NCBI GenBank assembly: GCA_964016885.1
Contig: OZ024742.1
Coordinates: forward strand, 178,622,001 to 178,686,000
Source of the DNA: Eledone cirrhosa
Taxonomy: Eukaryota
Direction: 5' to 3'
DNA length: 64,000 bases
The position numbers and the translations under genes are program-made. The first letter of the stretch is position 1, and the number at the start of each line of letters is the position of its first letter. Below, in pieces: positions 45,461 to 60,283 of this stretch. The notes under the pieces are model-generated. The model ran no database searches. It had not been told where the DNA came from and saw only the letters and a program-made list of their open reading frames with translations.

Positions 45461-46134
45461 GTTGTTTTTTTTTGTTTAAAATGAATATTGGGTACAAAAC
45501 CCCAATAACTGGTTATTTAACCCCGAAGGGCCAAATAACGGACAGAAAGACCCCTCTCACGAGAAGGAGGGTGTCTTTATCAACAATTTGGTTCAAGTTT
45601 TAAACAATTTACAATTGTTTTAACGGTTAAAAATTACTATACCTTACAGAGCCGAGCCTCCGTCAACCATGGCATTCAATAATAATAATAATAATAATAA
45701 TGAAAATATAAAAAAAAAAAAAACCCCGGAAAATATTAAAAACACAAAAGATAAACACATACAAAAAATAAAAAACAAAAAAAAAAACAGTTTAAATAGA
45801 GAATTGTGTCCGCAGTTGTAAATAAAGGTGTAATTGACACGATTCGGCCCCTTAGTCTATACACATGAGTGGATAAATAAGAAGTTCAATGATACCACCT
45901 CAATAGAAATAAAGTGAATAAGGGAGAGAGCAGAGTGTAAGTAGAAAGACAGTTGCCGCTAGAGGTAGAAGTAGAAATAGTAGTAAACGATCTCTTTAAT
46001 TAGTGTTTAGATATTGGCACCTTTAATCATGTCCCCATTTCACAGACAATCACATATACTCACAAGAACATCGCATACAAACATATATGGTCCATATATT
46101 TTTTTTCTAAAGGTTAGAATTCCCAAGGTAGTCC

Positions 46135-46352
46135 TTGCTGCTGCTGCTGTTGTTGTTGTTGTTGTTGTTGTCATGCTCATCTTCACCATTGTTGCTTTTT
46201 TGTTGTCGCCGGCATTATTGTTGTTGCTGCTGTTGTTGTTGCTGTTGTTGTTATTGTTGTTGTTGTTGTTGTTGTTGTTATCATGGTCATCATGACCATT
46301 GTTGCTTTTTTTTTGTCGCCGGCATTACTGTTGTTGTTGCTGCTGTTGTTGC

Positions 46353-46389
<37 letters not shown>

Positions 46390-46670
46390 ATGGTCATCTT
46401 CACCATTGTTGCTTTTTTGTTGTCGCCAGCATTATTGTTGTTGCCGTTATTGTTGTTGTTGTTGTTGTTGTTATCATGATCATCAACACCATTGTTGCTT
46501 TTTTGTTGTCACCGACATTATTGTTGTTGTCGTTATTGTTGTTGTTGTTGTTGTTGTTGTTGTCATGGTCATCATCACCATTGTTGCTTTTTTTTTTTGT
46601 CGCCAGAATTGTTGTTGTCGTTATTGTTGGTGTTGTTGTTGTCATCGTTGTGGATGTTTTTGGTGTTGTC
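46135..46670. repeat. (TGT)n-based minisatellite, unit about 80-120 bp
   Basis: catggtcatc..caccattgttgcttttttgttgtcgccggcattattg(ttg)n repeated about 5 times. Confidence 0.9.
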
Positions 46671-47044
46671 ACTTATTTAGCTGCTGTTTTTCTAATTTTT
46701 TTTTTTTTACCTGATTTAATCAAGGAGAGAGGAAAGAAGTTGCATATGTATCCATGTTCCATATGTATCCATGTTCCACGGCCTCCAAGTCCGTTTCAAG
46801 TGGGTAGTAGGAAAGCTAAAAATGTATTCTTAAACTAAAAGATCTGGTCCGAATGCTTGCAACAAACCAGACTTCACTAAAAGCACCTTGGAGTCTCAGT
46901 GCTGATATTACGCTTTCAACAACCTTAACTATAGAATGAAATAGAAGATATAATTAACATTTTCAAATCTTAGTGAAACAAGTTGAAGTGATTTGATATA
47001 TTATTAGACACAATTGAGCGTACAATCGAAATCTTTAAAATAAT

Positions 47045-47224
47045 TGTTTCTACTTTTGGCACAAGGCCAGCAATTACCCAGTACAGTATTGGTACTTTAT
47101 TTTATCGATCCCGTAAGGATGAAAGACAAAGTTAACCTCGGCGGGATTTGAACTCAGACCGTAAAGGGACGTAACTATGCTAGAAAGCATGGCGTCCAAC
47201 CCTCTACCGAGACTGCCAATTCGC
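47045..47224 (-). mobile_element. SINE with 18-bp TSD
   Basis: TSD cgaaatctttaaaataat at 47027-47044 and 47225-47242. Confidence 0.92.
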
Positions 47225-47309
47225 CGAAATCTTTAAAATAATGATTCCTTTATTAGCTACAAGGATTTGCACATAGAATATAGCGGCTTGAATACATTTG
47301 GGGATTGAC

Positions 47310-48880
47310 AAAATTATATATGTATGTTCTTCACGCACTTATTCATGAAAGGGCCGTGGGGACAGAGTCCTCAAACACTCCTTCCAGTGGGTCCTGTCAA
47401 AAGCAACCTCTCCAACTGATCCGGCTGGATACCCAAGCGAAACTAGTGAAGCTCATGGATATTATCCAACCATCTTGTTCAGGGTCTATCCCAGGGTTCC
47501 TGCCGGTTGGTTTTGCTCGTAAAATCTGTCCAGTGATTCTTTCCTGAGACATTCTAACCACATGCCCATAGTATCGGAGCTGTGATTTCACAATTAATTC
47601 GGAGAAGTAGCGGCTCTACTTGGAGTGAATCTCTGATCTCCGAGCTACGCACTCTATCAAGTATCGTTACTCCAAGGACCCTTCTGAGGAACCCTATTTC
47701 GGCCGCTTATATTTGCGGTCGTATTCTTTCGCTCATCATCCAAGATTCTTGATCATATGTAAGGGTTGGTACGAATACCGAATTAAAAATAACGAGTTTG
47801 GCTTTTACATCTACCGCCCTTCTTCTGATTATCGAATGCTGAAGCTGGCACATTACTGCCCCAGCTCCAGCAATGCTTGCATTTGATTTAGCTCCGTCTT
47901 CCATCACAGTTGAACATAGCAGCCCCGATATACTTGAACTTCTCCACCTGCTTCAGTTGAACTCCATTCACATGTAGAGTGCACTGGGCTTGCTGCCTTG
48001 AGAGGATGCGTGTCTCAGTTTTTACAGCACTAATTTTCATTTCCGCCTTACAGCACTCGGCATCAAACTGCAAGTCGAAGATCACCTTCTGTCGAGTTAA
48101 GTAACACCACGTCTTCTGCAAACTCCAGCCAACTGATTTTACACCTACCAGTTATGATGCAACTTCCATCCCGGCAGCGGAAGTCAATCCTGTTCATGAA
48201 AATTATGAACAGGTACGCATGCTTAGCGGAGTCCAGCTCTTACATTGAATGGCTTCGATTTAGCACCGTTTATCTGAACACAAATACACGGACATTCGTT
48301 TTGAGACATCGGGGCATTAAAAAGCTGACTATCAATCCCATACTCCTGCAGAACCTTTCACAGCAGGTCCCGGGGAACGCAGGCTTATGCCAAACTCGTT
48401 ATTTTTAATTCGCTATTCGTACCAACCCTTACATATGATCAAGAAACTTGGATGATGACCGAAAGAATAGGACCGCAAATACAAGCGGCCGAAATAGGGT
48501 TCCTCAGAAGGGTCCTTGGAGTAACGTTACTTTTCAGGGTCTACGAAGCAAGAAAATACCTTTTGGCAATACTCCCACGATTCCCCGAAGACCTACCGCA
48601 GTGGGAATATTTGGTCGGCTGTGCTGTGCACGGGGCGAGAACCGCATTGTTCATCAGCTAGCTTGGACTCTAGAATTTCCTTACATCTCTTTGCCAGACA
48701 CTTAGCATAGACTTTACTGGGGTGGCTTAACAGGGAGATCCCTCTGTAATGCGAACAATCTCTCCTGTCTCCCATTTTGAAAATTTTGATTCTCACTCCC
48801 CATTGCCATTGCTTAGGTGCCTTTCCAGAGACCCATGCCACACGGCACACACAAGTGAGTCATAGAATACCTCGTACCAT
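47310..48880 (-). mobile_element. RTE-clade LINE RT/3' fragment, same family as 24800-26200
   Basis: GDRRDCSHYRGISLLSHPSKVY, EQCGSRP..STADQIF, LKQVEKFKYIG, LRYYGHVVRM. Confidence 0.88.
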
Positions 48881-49328
48881 ATTGCAGTTTGGGTGGTCTT
48901 ATACACTCGCTGTCATTTTCCCCTTCGGAAACGGAGGATCGATGGCAACAGCAGCGGTGTGCGGGCTCTTTTTGAAACGTTCGGTGCCTAGTGGGCCAAA
49001 CAACACGGCTCCACGCCCGTTGTCAGTATTTTCCTCTGTCCGCTTCCCGGTTGATGTGTCTCGCGACAGGCGCTCGGCTGGCGGCGGACGCTCGACACTG
49101 GTACGGAACTGGTACGGAATGGGGGTATCCGACTGTCTAATTAAATTATATATAATTTATATTTATGTGTGTATGTTCTATGTGTGTGTGTATAAAGAAA
49201 AAAAAAAGTCTTTTCATCGCTAAATAGAATCTGCTTAGTAGTTTCAGAGTGTGTGTGTGTGTGTGTGTGTGTACGTGAATGTGCATGTGGGTGCATGTGT
49301 GTGTGCGTGCATGTATGTGTGTATGTGT

Positions 49329-49390
<62 letters not shown>

Positions 49391-49805
49391 GAAGGAGATA
49401 GAGAGGGAGGGGTTAGGATGATGGCAACTGAAATTTATCAAATACCAATTATTCGTCCATGTCTGTTTATATATTTCCGTGTGTTTATCTATGTCACAAC
49501 TGATCATTTTTAATTGAGTGGATAAAATAAATGAAAGCCATCTAACATATCCACTATAAACATAAATTACATCGAAATTAGTAAAATACTTTCCACAAAA
49601 TGGATTCTCCTTTCTTTTCACGCTCACCTCTTTTCTATTTAGTTTATATATATATATTTTTTTTAGCATTTTTCGTTTCTGCCATAAAATACCGGAAAAT
49701 TGATGAGGTGTTGGATTTTATGAAAGAGAAATAAATAAAAGTGTCCCAAATAATAGGTACCCAATAAAATACATTCTATGGTATGGGCTTATAGAAAAAC
49801 TTGTG

Positions 49806-49850
<45 letters not shown>

Positions 49851-49851
<1 letters not shown>

Positions 49852-50019
49852 ACAAAGGAATTGTGGTAAGGAACCAGATGGACCATAACGCACCAGAGTA
49901 CTCAATACTTAGGGTAGTAGAGTGGGAAATAGGAAAAAAGTATGACCCCGACGGCAGAGCTCAAGCCGTTTCGACGGCTATTTCTGGACTTGAGCTCTGC
50001 CGTCGGGGTCATACTTTTT

Positions 50020-50024
<5 letters not shown>
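49851..50024 (-). mobile_element. Short element between (TA)n with terminal hairpin (49929-50024); one end repeated at 54205-54282
   Basis: aggaaaaaagtatgaccccgacggcagagctcaag paired with cttgagctctgccgtcggggtcatactttttcct; cccactctactaccctaagtattgagtact is shared with 54205. Confidence 0.8.
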
Positions 50025-50088
<64 letters not shown>

Positions 50089-50413
50089 AATAGAATGAAA
50101 CGAAATTTCATTTCTCACTCTTAGTACGGCAGTTACTTAAATGTAAGTATGTATGTATGTATACGTACATACATATATGTACGTCTGTATACATATATGT
50201 ATGTACGTATACATACATACATACTTACACACATATATATATATAGTGGCATAAAAGTAAGCACCACCCTAATCATCATTCTAGGAACATTTATCACATT
50301 TACTTATCTTACATATCATTTTTGAGTGCAAACGAAGGAAAATAGCAATCAAGACATTTTGGTAATGCGAAAATAATTCAATTTCTATATATACATACAC
50401 ACGTATATTATAT

Positions 50414-50585
50414 TGGATTGGCAGTATCGGTAGAGGGTCAAACGCCATGTAAGAGATCTTTACAGTCTGAGTTCAAATCTCGCCGAGGTTAACTTTGCCT
50501 TTTAAACCTTACGGGGTCGATAAAATAAAGCACCAGTAATGCACTAGGGTAATTGCTGGCCTTGTGCCAAAAGTAGAAACAATTA
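50414..50585 (+). mobile_element. SINE
   Basis: SINE consensus with an internal deletion. Confidence 0.88.
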
Positions 50586-50688
50586 TATATAAATACACAC
50601 ACACACATACACACACATACACACACACATTGGAAAAGTAAAAAGAAAATAACATAGCAAACAATACAGTACAATGACGATTTATTTT

Positions 50689-50880
50689 AGTTTAACGCTT
50701 AATATAGAAGGAAAAGAGTCTTAATGTTTTGGACGCTAGTCTTTCTCTAGATGATGGGATGAAAAATACAGAAGATTTAGAAAGATAGAGGAGAGTCAGA
50801 AGAGGTGGAAATGGAAAAGAAAAAACATGTGTTTAGTATGCCATTTTTTGAACATATATATGATATATATATATATAACA

Positions 50881-50956
<76 letters not shown>

Positions 50957-51113
50957 ATGTATATATATATATATATATATATGTTGTAATGTGTTCTACC
51001 CTGTTAATTCATCAATATGTCCAGCTCCTGGGTGTGTTGTTAGTCCTCAAAGGAACTGGAATCGTATCATATATATATATATATATGATACGATTCCAGT
51101 TCCTTATATATAT

Positions 51114-51145
<32 letters not shown>

Positions 51146-51573
51146 ATATATATTATTATATATATATATATATATATATATACAGTATTTTCTGTTGTGT
51201 TGTAATATAAAATATTGAATGTCTGCATAACTAATACTTTGTAGATAGCAGCTGTTTTCAGGTTATGTAACTGTTATAGAAACACGTGTCAATAAATTCC
51301 TTTCAACTAAACTGTATCCATTCAAATCTTTCTATCTATATATATATATAGAGGGAGAGAGAGAGAGAGAGAGATATATTGTTATATATATATATCATAT
51401 ATATATATGTTCAAAAAATGGCATACTAAACACACGTTTTTTCTTTTTCATTTCCACCTCTTCTGACTCTCCTCTATCTTTCTACATCTTCTGTATTTTT
51501 CATCCCATCATCTAGAGAAAGACTAGCGTCCAAAACATTAACACTCTTTTCCTACTATATTAAGCGTTAAACT
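50689..51573. repeat. Inverted repeat (about 170-bp arms) with decayed hammerhead; nested 56-bp palindrome at 51050-51105
   Basis: 50689-50860 versus 51403-51573; arm motif tctagagaaagactagcgtccaaaacatta is related to 19536-19571. Confidence 0.9.
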
Positions 51574-51588
51574 TTTTAGTTGTTGATT

Positions 51589-51631
51589 GTCAAAGCTCTT
51601 TCGTAACACATTTTGTGACCTTCTCAGTGAC
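51589..51631 (-). ncRNA. Hammerhead relic (one core substitution)
   Basis: Minus: gtca-CTGAGAA-ggtcacaaaatgtgttac-GAAA-gagc-TT-tgac. Confidence 0.55.
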
Positions 51632-51894
51632 TACCTTCGTTGTTATTTTGTGTCTATCCTTTGTTCTGTCCTACGCCATCTTATTTTGTGAGATGTGTAC
51701 AATAAACAACTAAACAACCTCCCGGTTATTAAACTAATCGACTAGGAGTTTATTATAAATTGAAGTGAAATCGAACAGGTGCGGGTGTCTTTATAGGCAG
51801 CATCTCACCTCCACACCCAAAGTATAACAATATCTGTTTCAACAAACGATATCAGATAAGAAATCTTGCAAAACAAATACAAAAACCAAGTGTG

Positions 51895-51959
<65 letters not shown>

Positions 51960-52066
51960 ATATGTATGAATATATGTGTGTGTATGTGAGTGTATGTATG
52001 TCTAAATGGTACATTGTCGGTATGAGAATTTATATCTATATCTATATCTATCTATCTATCTATCTA

Positions 52067-52109
<43 letters not shown>

Positions 52110-52451
52110 TTGTGTGTGTGTTTGTTTGTGTGTGTGTGTGTGTGTGTGCGTGCGTGGGCCTGAGTGTGTGTGTGACATGAAATCTCCATTCATCATTAGA
52201 AAATTATGAGAGAGTAGTCAATGTGTGATTGCCATTCAGTTGTATGTAACCGGGTACATAGCAATGATATATAATATTACCGGCAGGTAGAGTAGAAACC
52301 TACTTACTGGACTATTCAACCGAGATCACAAATATAGGAAAGTGGTACAAAAATACAAAATCATATCAATTTTCTATATAAACCTATCTACTATTTCATC
52401 TGAATTTGTGTGTATATATGAGCTTATGTCCGCACATACACATACACACAT

Positions 52452-52493
<42 letters not shown>

Positions 52494-52541
52494 GAGACGT
52501 ATAGAGATTGTTTTAGCAAGAAGCTAACGGCATATATATAT

Positions 52542-52618
<77 letters not shown>

Positions 52619-52725
52619 TTGTTATACTTTGGGAGGGTCATGTTGCCAATAATTCAACACACGATTTCAGATAAAGAGTCTTGCTAAACAAATTCAGAAA
52701 CGAAATATATATATATATGTATATG

Positions 52726-52759
<34 letters not shown>

Positions 52760-52775
52760 TACATGTATATATATT

Positions 52776-52853
<78 letters not shown>

Positions 52854-52974
52854 GTATGTATATATATATGTATATATATTATTTGTTTGTTAAAATAATC
52901 AAATTAAATTGATTCAACAGTTAAACACACATAGGAATAATTAGGTTGTTACCAAAGAGCCAGAAGATTGACAA

Positions 52975-53424
52975 GTCGACCCTAAACATGATTAATGACT
53001 CTAGGAAAAGCCATGAACGACACCACATCTTTTTAACTTTGATTTTGAAAGTAGGGTTATAATTATTAATTTTCATTATACTTTTGTAGCTGTCTCGGTG
53101 GCCTAGTTGGAGGAATCTTAGACGATGGTGACCCTAGTCTGAAGTTCGATCCTGGTCGGGAGTAGGGTTCCCGGTAAACCTTTTCAGTTTTTTTCTATGG
53201 GATGTACAATAAAAACTGAAAAAGATTACATGTACCTCTTGACCAGGATTGAACCCAAGACCAGGATCCCCACCGTCTCTAGAACCTACCGCTAGTCCAC
53301 TGAGACAACAATGAATATCTTATAAAAATTCATTCTTATAAACCTACTTTCAAAATTTTCAAAACAAAATGATGAGGTGTTGTTCATGTCTTTCTTAATG
53401 TTACTGCGCCTACTTAAGGTCGAC
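52975..53424. mobile_element. Palindromic MITE-like element with two convergent tRNA-like units
   Basis: Imperfect about 450-bp palindrome gtcgacc...ggtcgac; A/B boxes tggcctagttgg/gttcgatcc on + and tggactagcgg/ggttcaatcc on -. Confidence 0.7.
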
Positions 53425-53768
53425 TAATAAATCATTTGGGTGTTACATAAACTACATCCTCGTTGTTTCTCATCTCTCTAGACTATATTTTAAACTGTAA
53501 TCCATGCTTCATTTCTGTCACATCTCACCCCCCCTCTCTTTCTCTCTGTGATATTTGAATCCACTATGATTTGGGCTTTATTCATATATATATGTTTTTG
53601 CATGTCAAATTCAAACTTACAATGATTATAATAGGAGGGCGTGTATATGTGTGCATTTACATGTGTATATATAGATTTATATATATGTAAACATAACATG
53701 TTTTCAACTTGTACTAAAATCCCTAGGGATCTAATTGACATTGTTTACACACACACACACACAAACCC

Positions 53769-53807
<39 letters not shown>

Positions 53808-53957
53808 TATATATGTATATATAGATAAATGTGTGTGTGTATATATATATATATATATGTATATGTATGTAAATGTATGTACATATATATATATACACCA
53901 CCTTCACCACTAATTGATTTGACAAATGTCTTTAACCCATTGATACCAAACATTAAA

Positions 53958-54031
<74 letters not shown>

Positions 54032-54124
54032 GTATGTAAATGTATGTACATATATATATACACACCAACTTCACCACTAATTGATTTGACAAATGTCTTT
54101 AACCCATTGATACCAAACATTAAA

Positions 54125-54201
<77 letters not shown>

Positions 54202-54280
54202 GATTACCCACTCTACTACCCTAAGTATTGAGTACTTTGGTGCGTTATGGTCCACCTGGTTCCTTACCACATTTCCTTCG

Positions 54281-54819
<539 letters not shown>

Positions 54820-54829
54820 ACGGATATAA

Positions 54830-55015
54830 GGGCGGTGGATTGGCAGTATCGGTAGAGGGTCGGACGCCATGCTTTGACGCATAGAGTTACGGCCCTTGCC
54901 ATTCTGAGTTCAAATCCCGCCGAGGTTAACTTTGCCTTTCATCCTTACGGGGTCGATAAAATAAAGTACCAGTAATGTACTGGGTAATTTCTGGCCTTGT
55001 GCCAATAGTAGAAAC

Positions 55016-55020
<5 letters not shown>
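54830..55020 (+). mobile_element. Full-length SINE
   Basis: gggcggtggattggcagtatcgg...gtagaaacaatta. Confidence 0.92.
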
Positions 55021-55053
<33 letters not shown>

Positions 55054-55277
55054 GGAAATTTAGTAAAATCGAATCTCCGGCGGTTTGCAAGCAAATTCGG
55101 CCTACTTATATGAAATGATGAGTTAGCAAAGCACTCGATAAGTTAGGTCCTTAGAGTAATAACATACGTTTAAATAGCTTGACAAATCGAACATTATGGT
55201 AGGCAAAATCTAACACACAATAATATACCAAAGTAACGATAGAACTAACAGGTTGAGAAAAATCAGGTTGAGAATAT

Positions 55278-55460
55278 CGGTGGATTGGCAGTATCGGTAG
55301 AGGGTCGGACGTCATGCTTTCCAGCATAGTTACGTCCCTTTACGATCTGAGTTCAAATCCAGCCGAGGTTGACTTTGCCTTTCATCCTTACGGGGTCGAT
55401 AAAATAAAGTACCAGTAATGCACTGGGTAATTGCTGGCCTTGTGCCTAAAGTAGAAACAA
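55278..55460 (+). mobile_element. Full-length SINE
   Basis: Nearly identical to 27613-27800. Confidence 0.92.
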
Positions 55461-55536
55461 ATATATATATATAGCGGCGATGAATTAGTTTTGCGAGGTT
55501 TTTTATATGAAATCGTGTGTCGAAACAAGTATAACA

Positions 55537-55572
<36 letters not shown>

Positions 55573-55818
55573 GCTTGTGTGTGTGTGTCTATATATGTAT
55601 GTTTGCATGCATGAATGAATATATATAGCACCCCCACTCCTAGCTGATTAACCTCAGTGTCACGTGATTGATTCTTTTGAATTTGCCACTTGACCAAGTA
55701 GGCAGTGAATTTTTCAATGTCTTGGAATCTAGCCCCGCTCGCTTTTTTCCATCCACTGAATTATTTTTATATAAGTTCCCAGTGTCCCCGCATTGCCTGG
55801 AGGCTTAGCTGAGAATAG

Positions 55819-55899
55819 ACTCCCTGATGACGTAAGGCTTCTCTATAGTTATATTACGTAACTATATTTATCCCCTTACAGAAACTAATTAGTTGGAAT
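55819..55899 (+). ncRNA. Type I hammerhead with extended stem II
   Basis: tcc-CTGATGA-cgtaagg..tatagtta tattacg taactata..ccttaca-GAAA-ctaattag-TT-gga; palindromic ACTAATTAGT. Confidence 0.75.
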
Positions 55900-55951
55900 G
55901 AAATTTTAGTAAGTAAGTCAATTTTCATAACTTTCTTATTTACGTCTTTCA

Positions 55952-56136
<185 letters not shown>

Positions 56137-56479
56137 ATATATATATGCTTGTGTGTGTGTGTGTCTATATATGTATGTTTGCATGCATGAATGAATACAC
56201 TAAGCTTTAGATTTAGTAAAATGTACAACCACTGATTCCAGCTATTCCCACCATCATATATTTTGGTTTCTATTAATTCCCTGGGGTATTGGTTGACCAA
56301 ATGCTTTACTTAATTGGTTCTTTCTCTTTATTCTTTCAATTAGAGTTCAGGTATTTTTCGAAAGCTAAGCATTGGCCCCTAAAATACTACAGTGGGTCCT
56401 GTAATGCTACAGTGGGGCCCCTGGTGCCGACTTGCCATTGGGCAACCTGGCAATCTGGCCAGTCCACCACTGTAGGTGC

Positions 56480-57452
56480 ATTTAAATAACTTGGTAGTAT
56501 GATACAAGCTGATGGGAAATCGGACACTGAAATCACACCTCGTACACACACACACAAAAAAAAAAAACAGAATAAAACCTTTGGTGGACTAGAAATTAAA
56601 GTTTGGTCACAACGTTACATTAAATTGGAGATTAAGATGGCTATATATGTCTCATTTATGCTTTTCGTACTATCGTTTTCATTTGAGGCATATACATTGT
56701 ACATACAGCATGTTAAAATGTTGGAGCAGTTTCTCCAAAAATGCCTCCGGCATATACTCAAATTAAATACATTAAACACATTCGTTCCAGACACTAAGAT
56801 TGCAAAACTCACTAGGGCAAAAGTTACATTTACTCAAGCTATGCTTATTAAGAATCAATTAAGATGGATAGGTCACATGATTCGTATGTGTGACGGACGC
56901 ATTGCCAAGAAAATATTTTATGACGAATTCAAGCTGAGTAAAAAGAAGAGATGAGGAGACTCTCTAAAAGCGAACTTAAATTGCTTTAATACATCCTACA
57001 AAAATCTTGAATCATGTGCAACAGATAGAGTAGCTTGGAGAAATGCAATTTGGGATGGTGTTAAAGCATTTGAAATGGAGAGGGTAAAACATGCAGAACT
57101 GAAGAGAAAAGTTTGGAAGAATGAGATCAACAGTAATAATGATGAATCTTATCTGGCGTTGGTTTTTCAAATCTCTGTGCCCCAAGGTGTGTCTTTTGAA
57201 TGTTGGCTTGATGTCACACCAATGACCACATGATAATAAAGTCCAAGCTGATTATTCAAGAAAATCAGTTCCATTGCAACGTTTGTCAGAAAATTTGCAA
57301 ATCATGTGGTGGATTGAAGCGACAATTGAACATACGCAATAAACAAACCGAAAGTGGAAACAAGAACGAAATGCGACATTGTATTATTTGTGGACGGGTC
57401 TTTCACAGACTTTCAGAACATTTGAGATCTCATGCCAGTAAGGAACGAGCAT
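56480..57452 (+). mobile_element. RTE-clade LINE 3' fragment with C2H2-like zinc-finger relics
   Basis: LEQFLQKCLRHIL...QLRWIGHMIRM..GRIAKKIFY; CNVCQKICKSCGGLKR; CIICGRVFHRLSEHLRSH. Confidence 0.8.
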
Positions 57453-57491
57453 AAAATGCAAGAAGTTTCAAAGATTTGTATAGAGCAGACG

Positions 57492-57544
<53 letters not shown>

Positions 57545-57681
57545 CACATAATATATATACACATAATATATATGCATGTGTGTATAATATTTATATATCA
57601 TATAACATTTTATATATATATATATATATATAAATATATGTATATAAATATAAATAAATATATATATATACTGTATATATA

Positions 57682-57730
<49 letters not shown>

Positions 57731-57789
57731 ATATATATATATATACATATATGTATATATGTATATATATATATATATACATATATGTA

Positions 57790-57827
<38 letters not shown>

Positions 57828-58444
57828 GATATAATATATAATGGTAAATCAGCCGTTGTCCATAAATGCAAGTTACCTTCTCTATGTCACAAAATGCACG
57901 CTGGGACATTATATTAAACTATAGAAATTCCACGGATATAGCGAAAACAAAAGAAAATGAATCAACATAAAGAAGAAAACACACTTCATCAGCTATCGTT
58001 TGGATATTAATCGATTTTGACGCCTTCTGATGAGATCAATATTTCTAGTAGTATCAGTAACATTGAAACTACTAGGGAATAGTACAGTTTTATTCAAGAT
58101 GTATAGAAAACAGGCATAACAACAGATAATACTGCATTGTTTGTATCTGAACTAAAACGTCCAAGAGGATACGAGAAAATCAAGACAACAACATTTCTCT
58201 CACAATGTGTTGGTCAACCCGAGGCTATATATGGTGGAAGGGAGCCCGCAGGCAGATGGATTTAACCCCTAAACACACCGACATGCCTATAAATGAAATG
58301 AACCAAAATTGAAATTGAAGGTGTAGCAACATTAGCAACGGCAGTAGCAGCAGTAGAAGACGGTGAGGAAAATGATGACAATAATGACGATGATGATGAT
58401 GATGATGACGACGAAGCTGATGCTGCTGCTGCTGATGATGATAA

Positions 58445-58630
58445 TAATTGTTTCTACTTTTGGCACACGGCCAGCAATTATCCTAGTGCATTACTGGTAC
58501 TTTATTTTATCGACCCCGTACGGATGAAAGGCAAAGTTAACCTCGGCGGGATTTGAACTCAGATCGTAAAGGGCCGTAACTCCATGCTGCAAAGCATGGC
58601 TTCCGACCCTCTACCGATATTGCCAATCCG
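58445..58630 (-). mobile_element. SINE
   Basis: Reverse complement of the SINE consensus. Confidence 0.9.
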
Positions 58631-59054
58631 ATGATGATAATAATGATGAAGATAACGAAGAAGAAGAAGAAGAGAAGGTGGTGGTGGTGGTGGTGGTGGC
58701 AGTGGTGGTAGTAGTAGTGGTGGTGGTGATGGTAGTGGTGGTGGTGGTAGTGGTGATATTGGAGTGGTGGCCATGTTTATAGTTGTTCATTCGTCCACTA
58801 CTTCATTCTTTCATTCATTAATGCTTCTCTATCGTCTGAATAGAAATAAATAGCTGACTATTGTCAGGGAATTACATACCAAAGTCAATGTTTCCATTGG
58901 AAGAAAACCTAAACCTATATTATACATTAGATTACATACATATGTACATACATACATATATACATATGTACATACATACATATATACATATGTACATACA
59001 TACATATATACATACATACATTACATTACATACATATGTACATATATACATATA

Positions 59055-59663
59055 TGTTGGCTGCCAACTCGTTTTCGAGTACGTCCACTACTTTATATCC
59101 ATGTAGGAGAACCCCTACCGATGCGCTGAACGAGTGTGACTTTTTAGTCCAGCCAGCGACTTGAAAACTCTGGTACAAACACTACACTTGTGGCAATTAT
59201 TGACACATAGTGCTGGGCCCATGGTACCATGTGACGACAAGTGCAGAGAGATCTCCAGATATAAAGCAATACCTGTGATGTGAAGCTTTTATAGTGAGCA
59301 AAGGCATTGCACAAAGCCAGTCCCACTCTCTTAACCAAGATGATATTTACCAAAAAGAAGAACAAGTCAACATCATTGGATACCATCAGGGTTGCAGGTG
59401 TTATATCAGAGTTTTCCTGCTCCTAGAATTCTGCCTTGACAAAGGCTAAGGGGTCATCTCTCCCGGTGATTTTGGATGGCCATTGACTCTTAAGAGCTCC
59501 TTTGCCCTTTGACAGGTTTTGTTTTTAGTCCTGCAGGATGTCCAAAGTCACCCTCCTCACCAAGAAACCTTGGTGGGGTTGCCAGTTTAGTCGCCAACGA
59601 CCCGACCATGAGACAGGTTGTACTGGGATACATGTTACCAGTAACACCAACTGGTGACCTGAC
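59055..59663 (-). mobile_element. Non-autonomous RTE derivative, 609 bp
   Basis: Inverted near-identical copy of 30673-31281 within (CATA)n. Confidence 0.88.
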
Positions 59664-60235
59664 ATAACATACATGCATATGTACATACATACATATGTGC
59701 ATACATACATATATACATACATACATTACATACATACATACATACATATGTACATACATACATATGTGCATACATACATATGTGCATACATACATATATA
59801 CATACATACATACATTACATACATATGAACATACATACATGTGCATACATACATATATACATACATACATACATTACATACATACATATGTACATACATA
59901 CATATGTGCATACATATATATATATATACATACATACATACGTACATACATACATGAATGCATACATATAGACATACTTATATACATACATAATTGCATA
60001 CATATTTACATGCACGCGTAAATACATATATACATACACACACAATTGGATACATACATACATACATACGTACATACATACATACATACATACATACATA
60101 CTTATATACATACATGCATACTTACCTACATACGTGCATATATGCATACAATATATACATACTTATATACAGGCATATTTACATACATACCTGCATATAT
60201 CTGAAATACATACACTCTTTCTCTCTGCATGTATG

Positions 60236-60283
<48 letters not shown>

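Larger units (their letters stand above)
39668..45678 (-). mobile_element. Full-length young Tx1/L1-clade LINE (copy B)
   Basis: ORF1 plus ORF2 (APE, RT YADD, CPRC..ETVLHALVQC); AATAAA at the 3' end; (ATT)n on both sides. Confidence 0.97.

Noticed and set aside
46135-46670. Regularly spaced repeats resembling a CRISPR array
   Set aside because: Spacers are (TGT)n, the context is eukaryotic and there are no cas genes.
53091-53160. Functional tRNA gene
   Set aside because: A/B boxes are present but acceptor and anticodon stems do not pair well; reported as tRNA-like only.
57985-58115. Two CTGATGA motifs (one per strand) and a ctagtag/ctactag hairpin
   Set aside because: No GAAA followed by a valid NUH and stem I; at best a heavily decayed relic.
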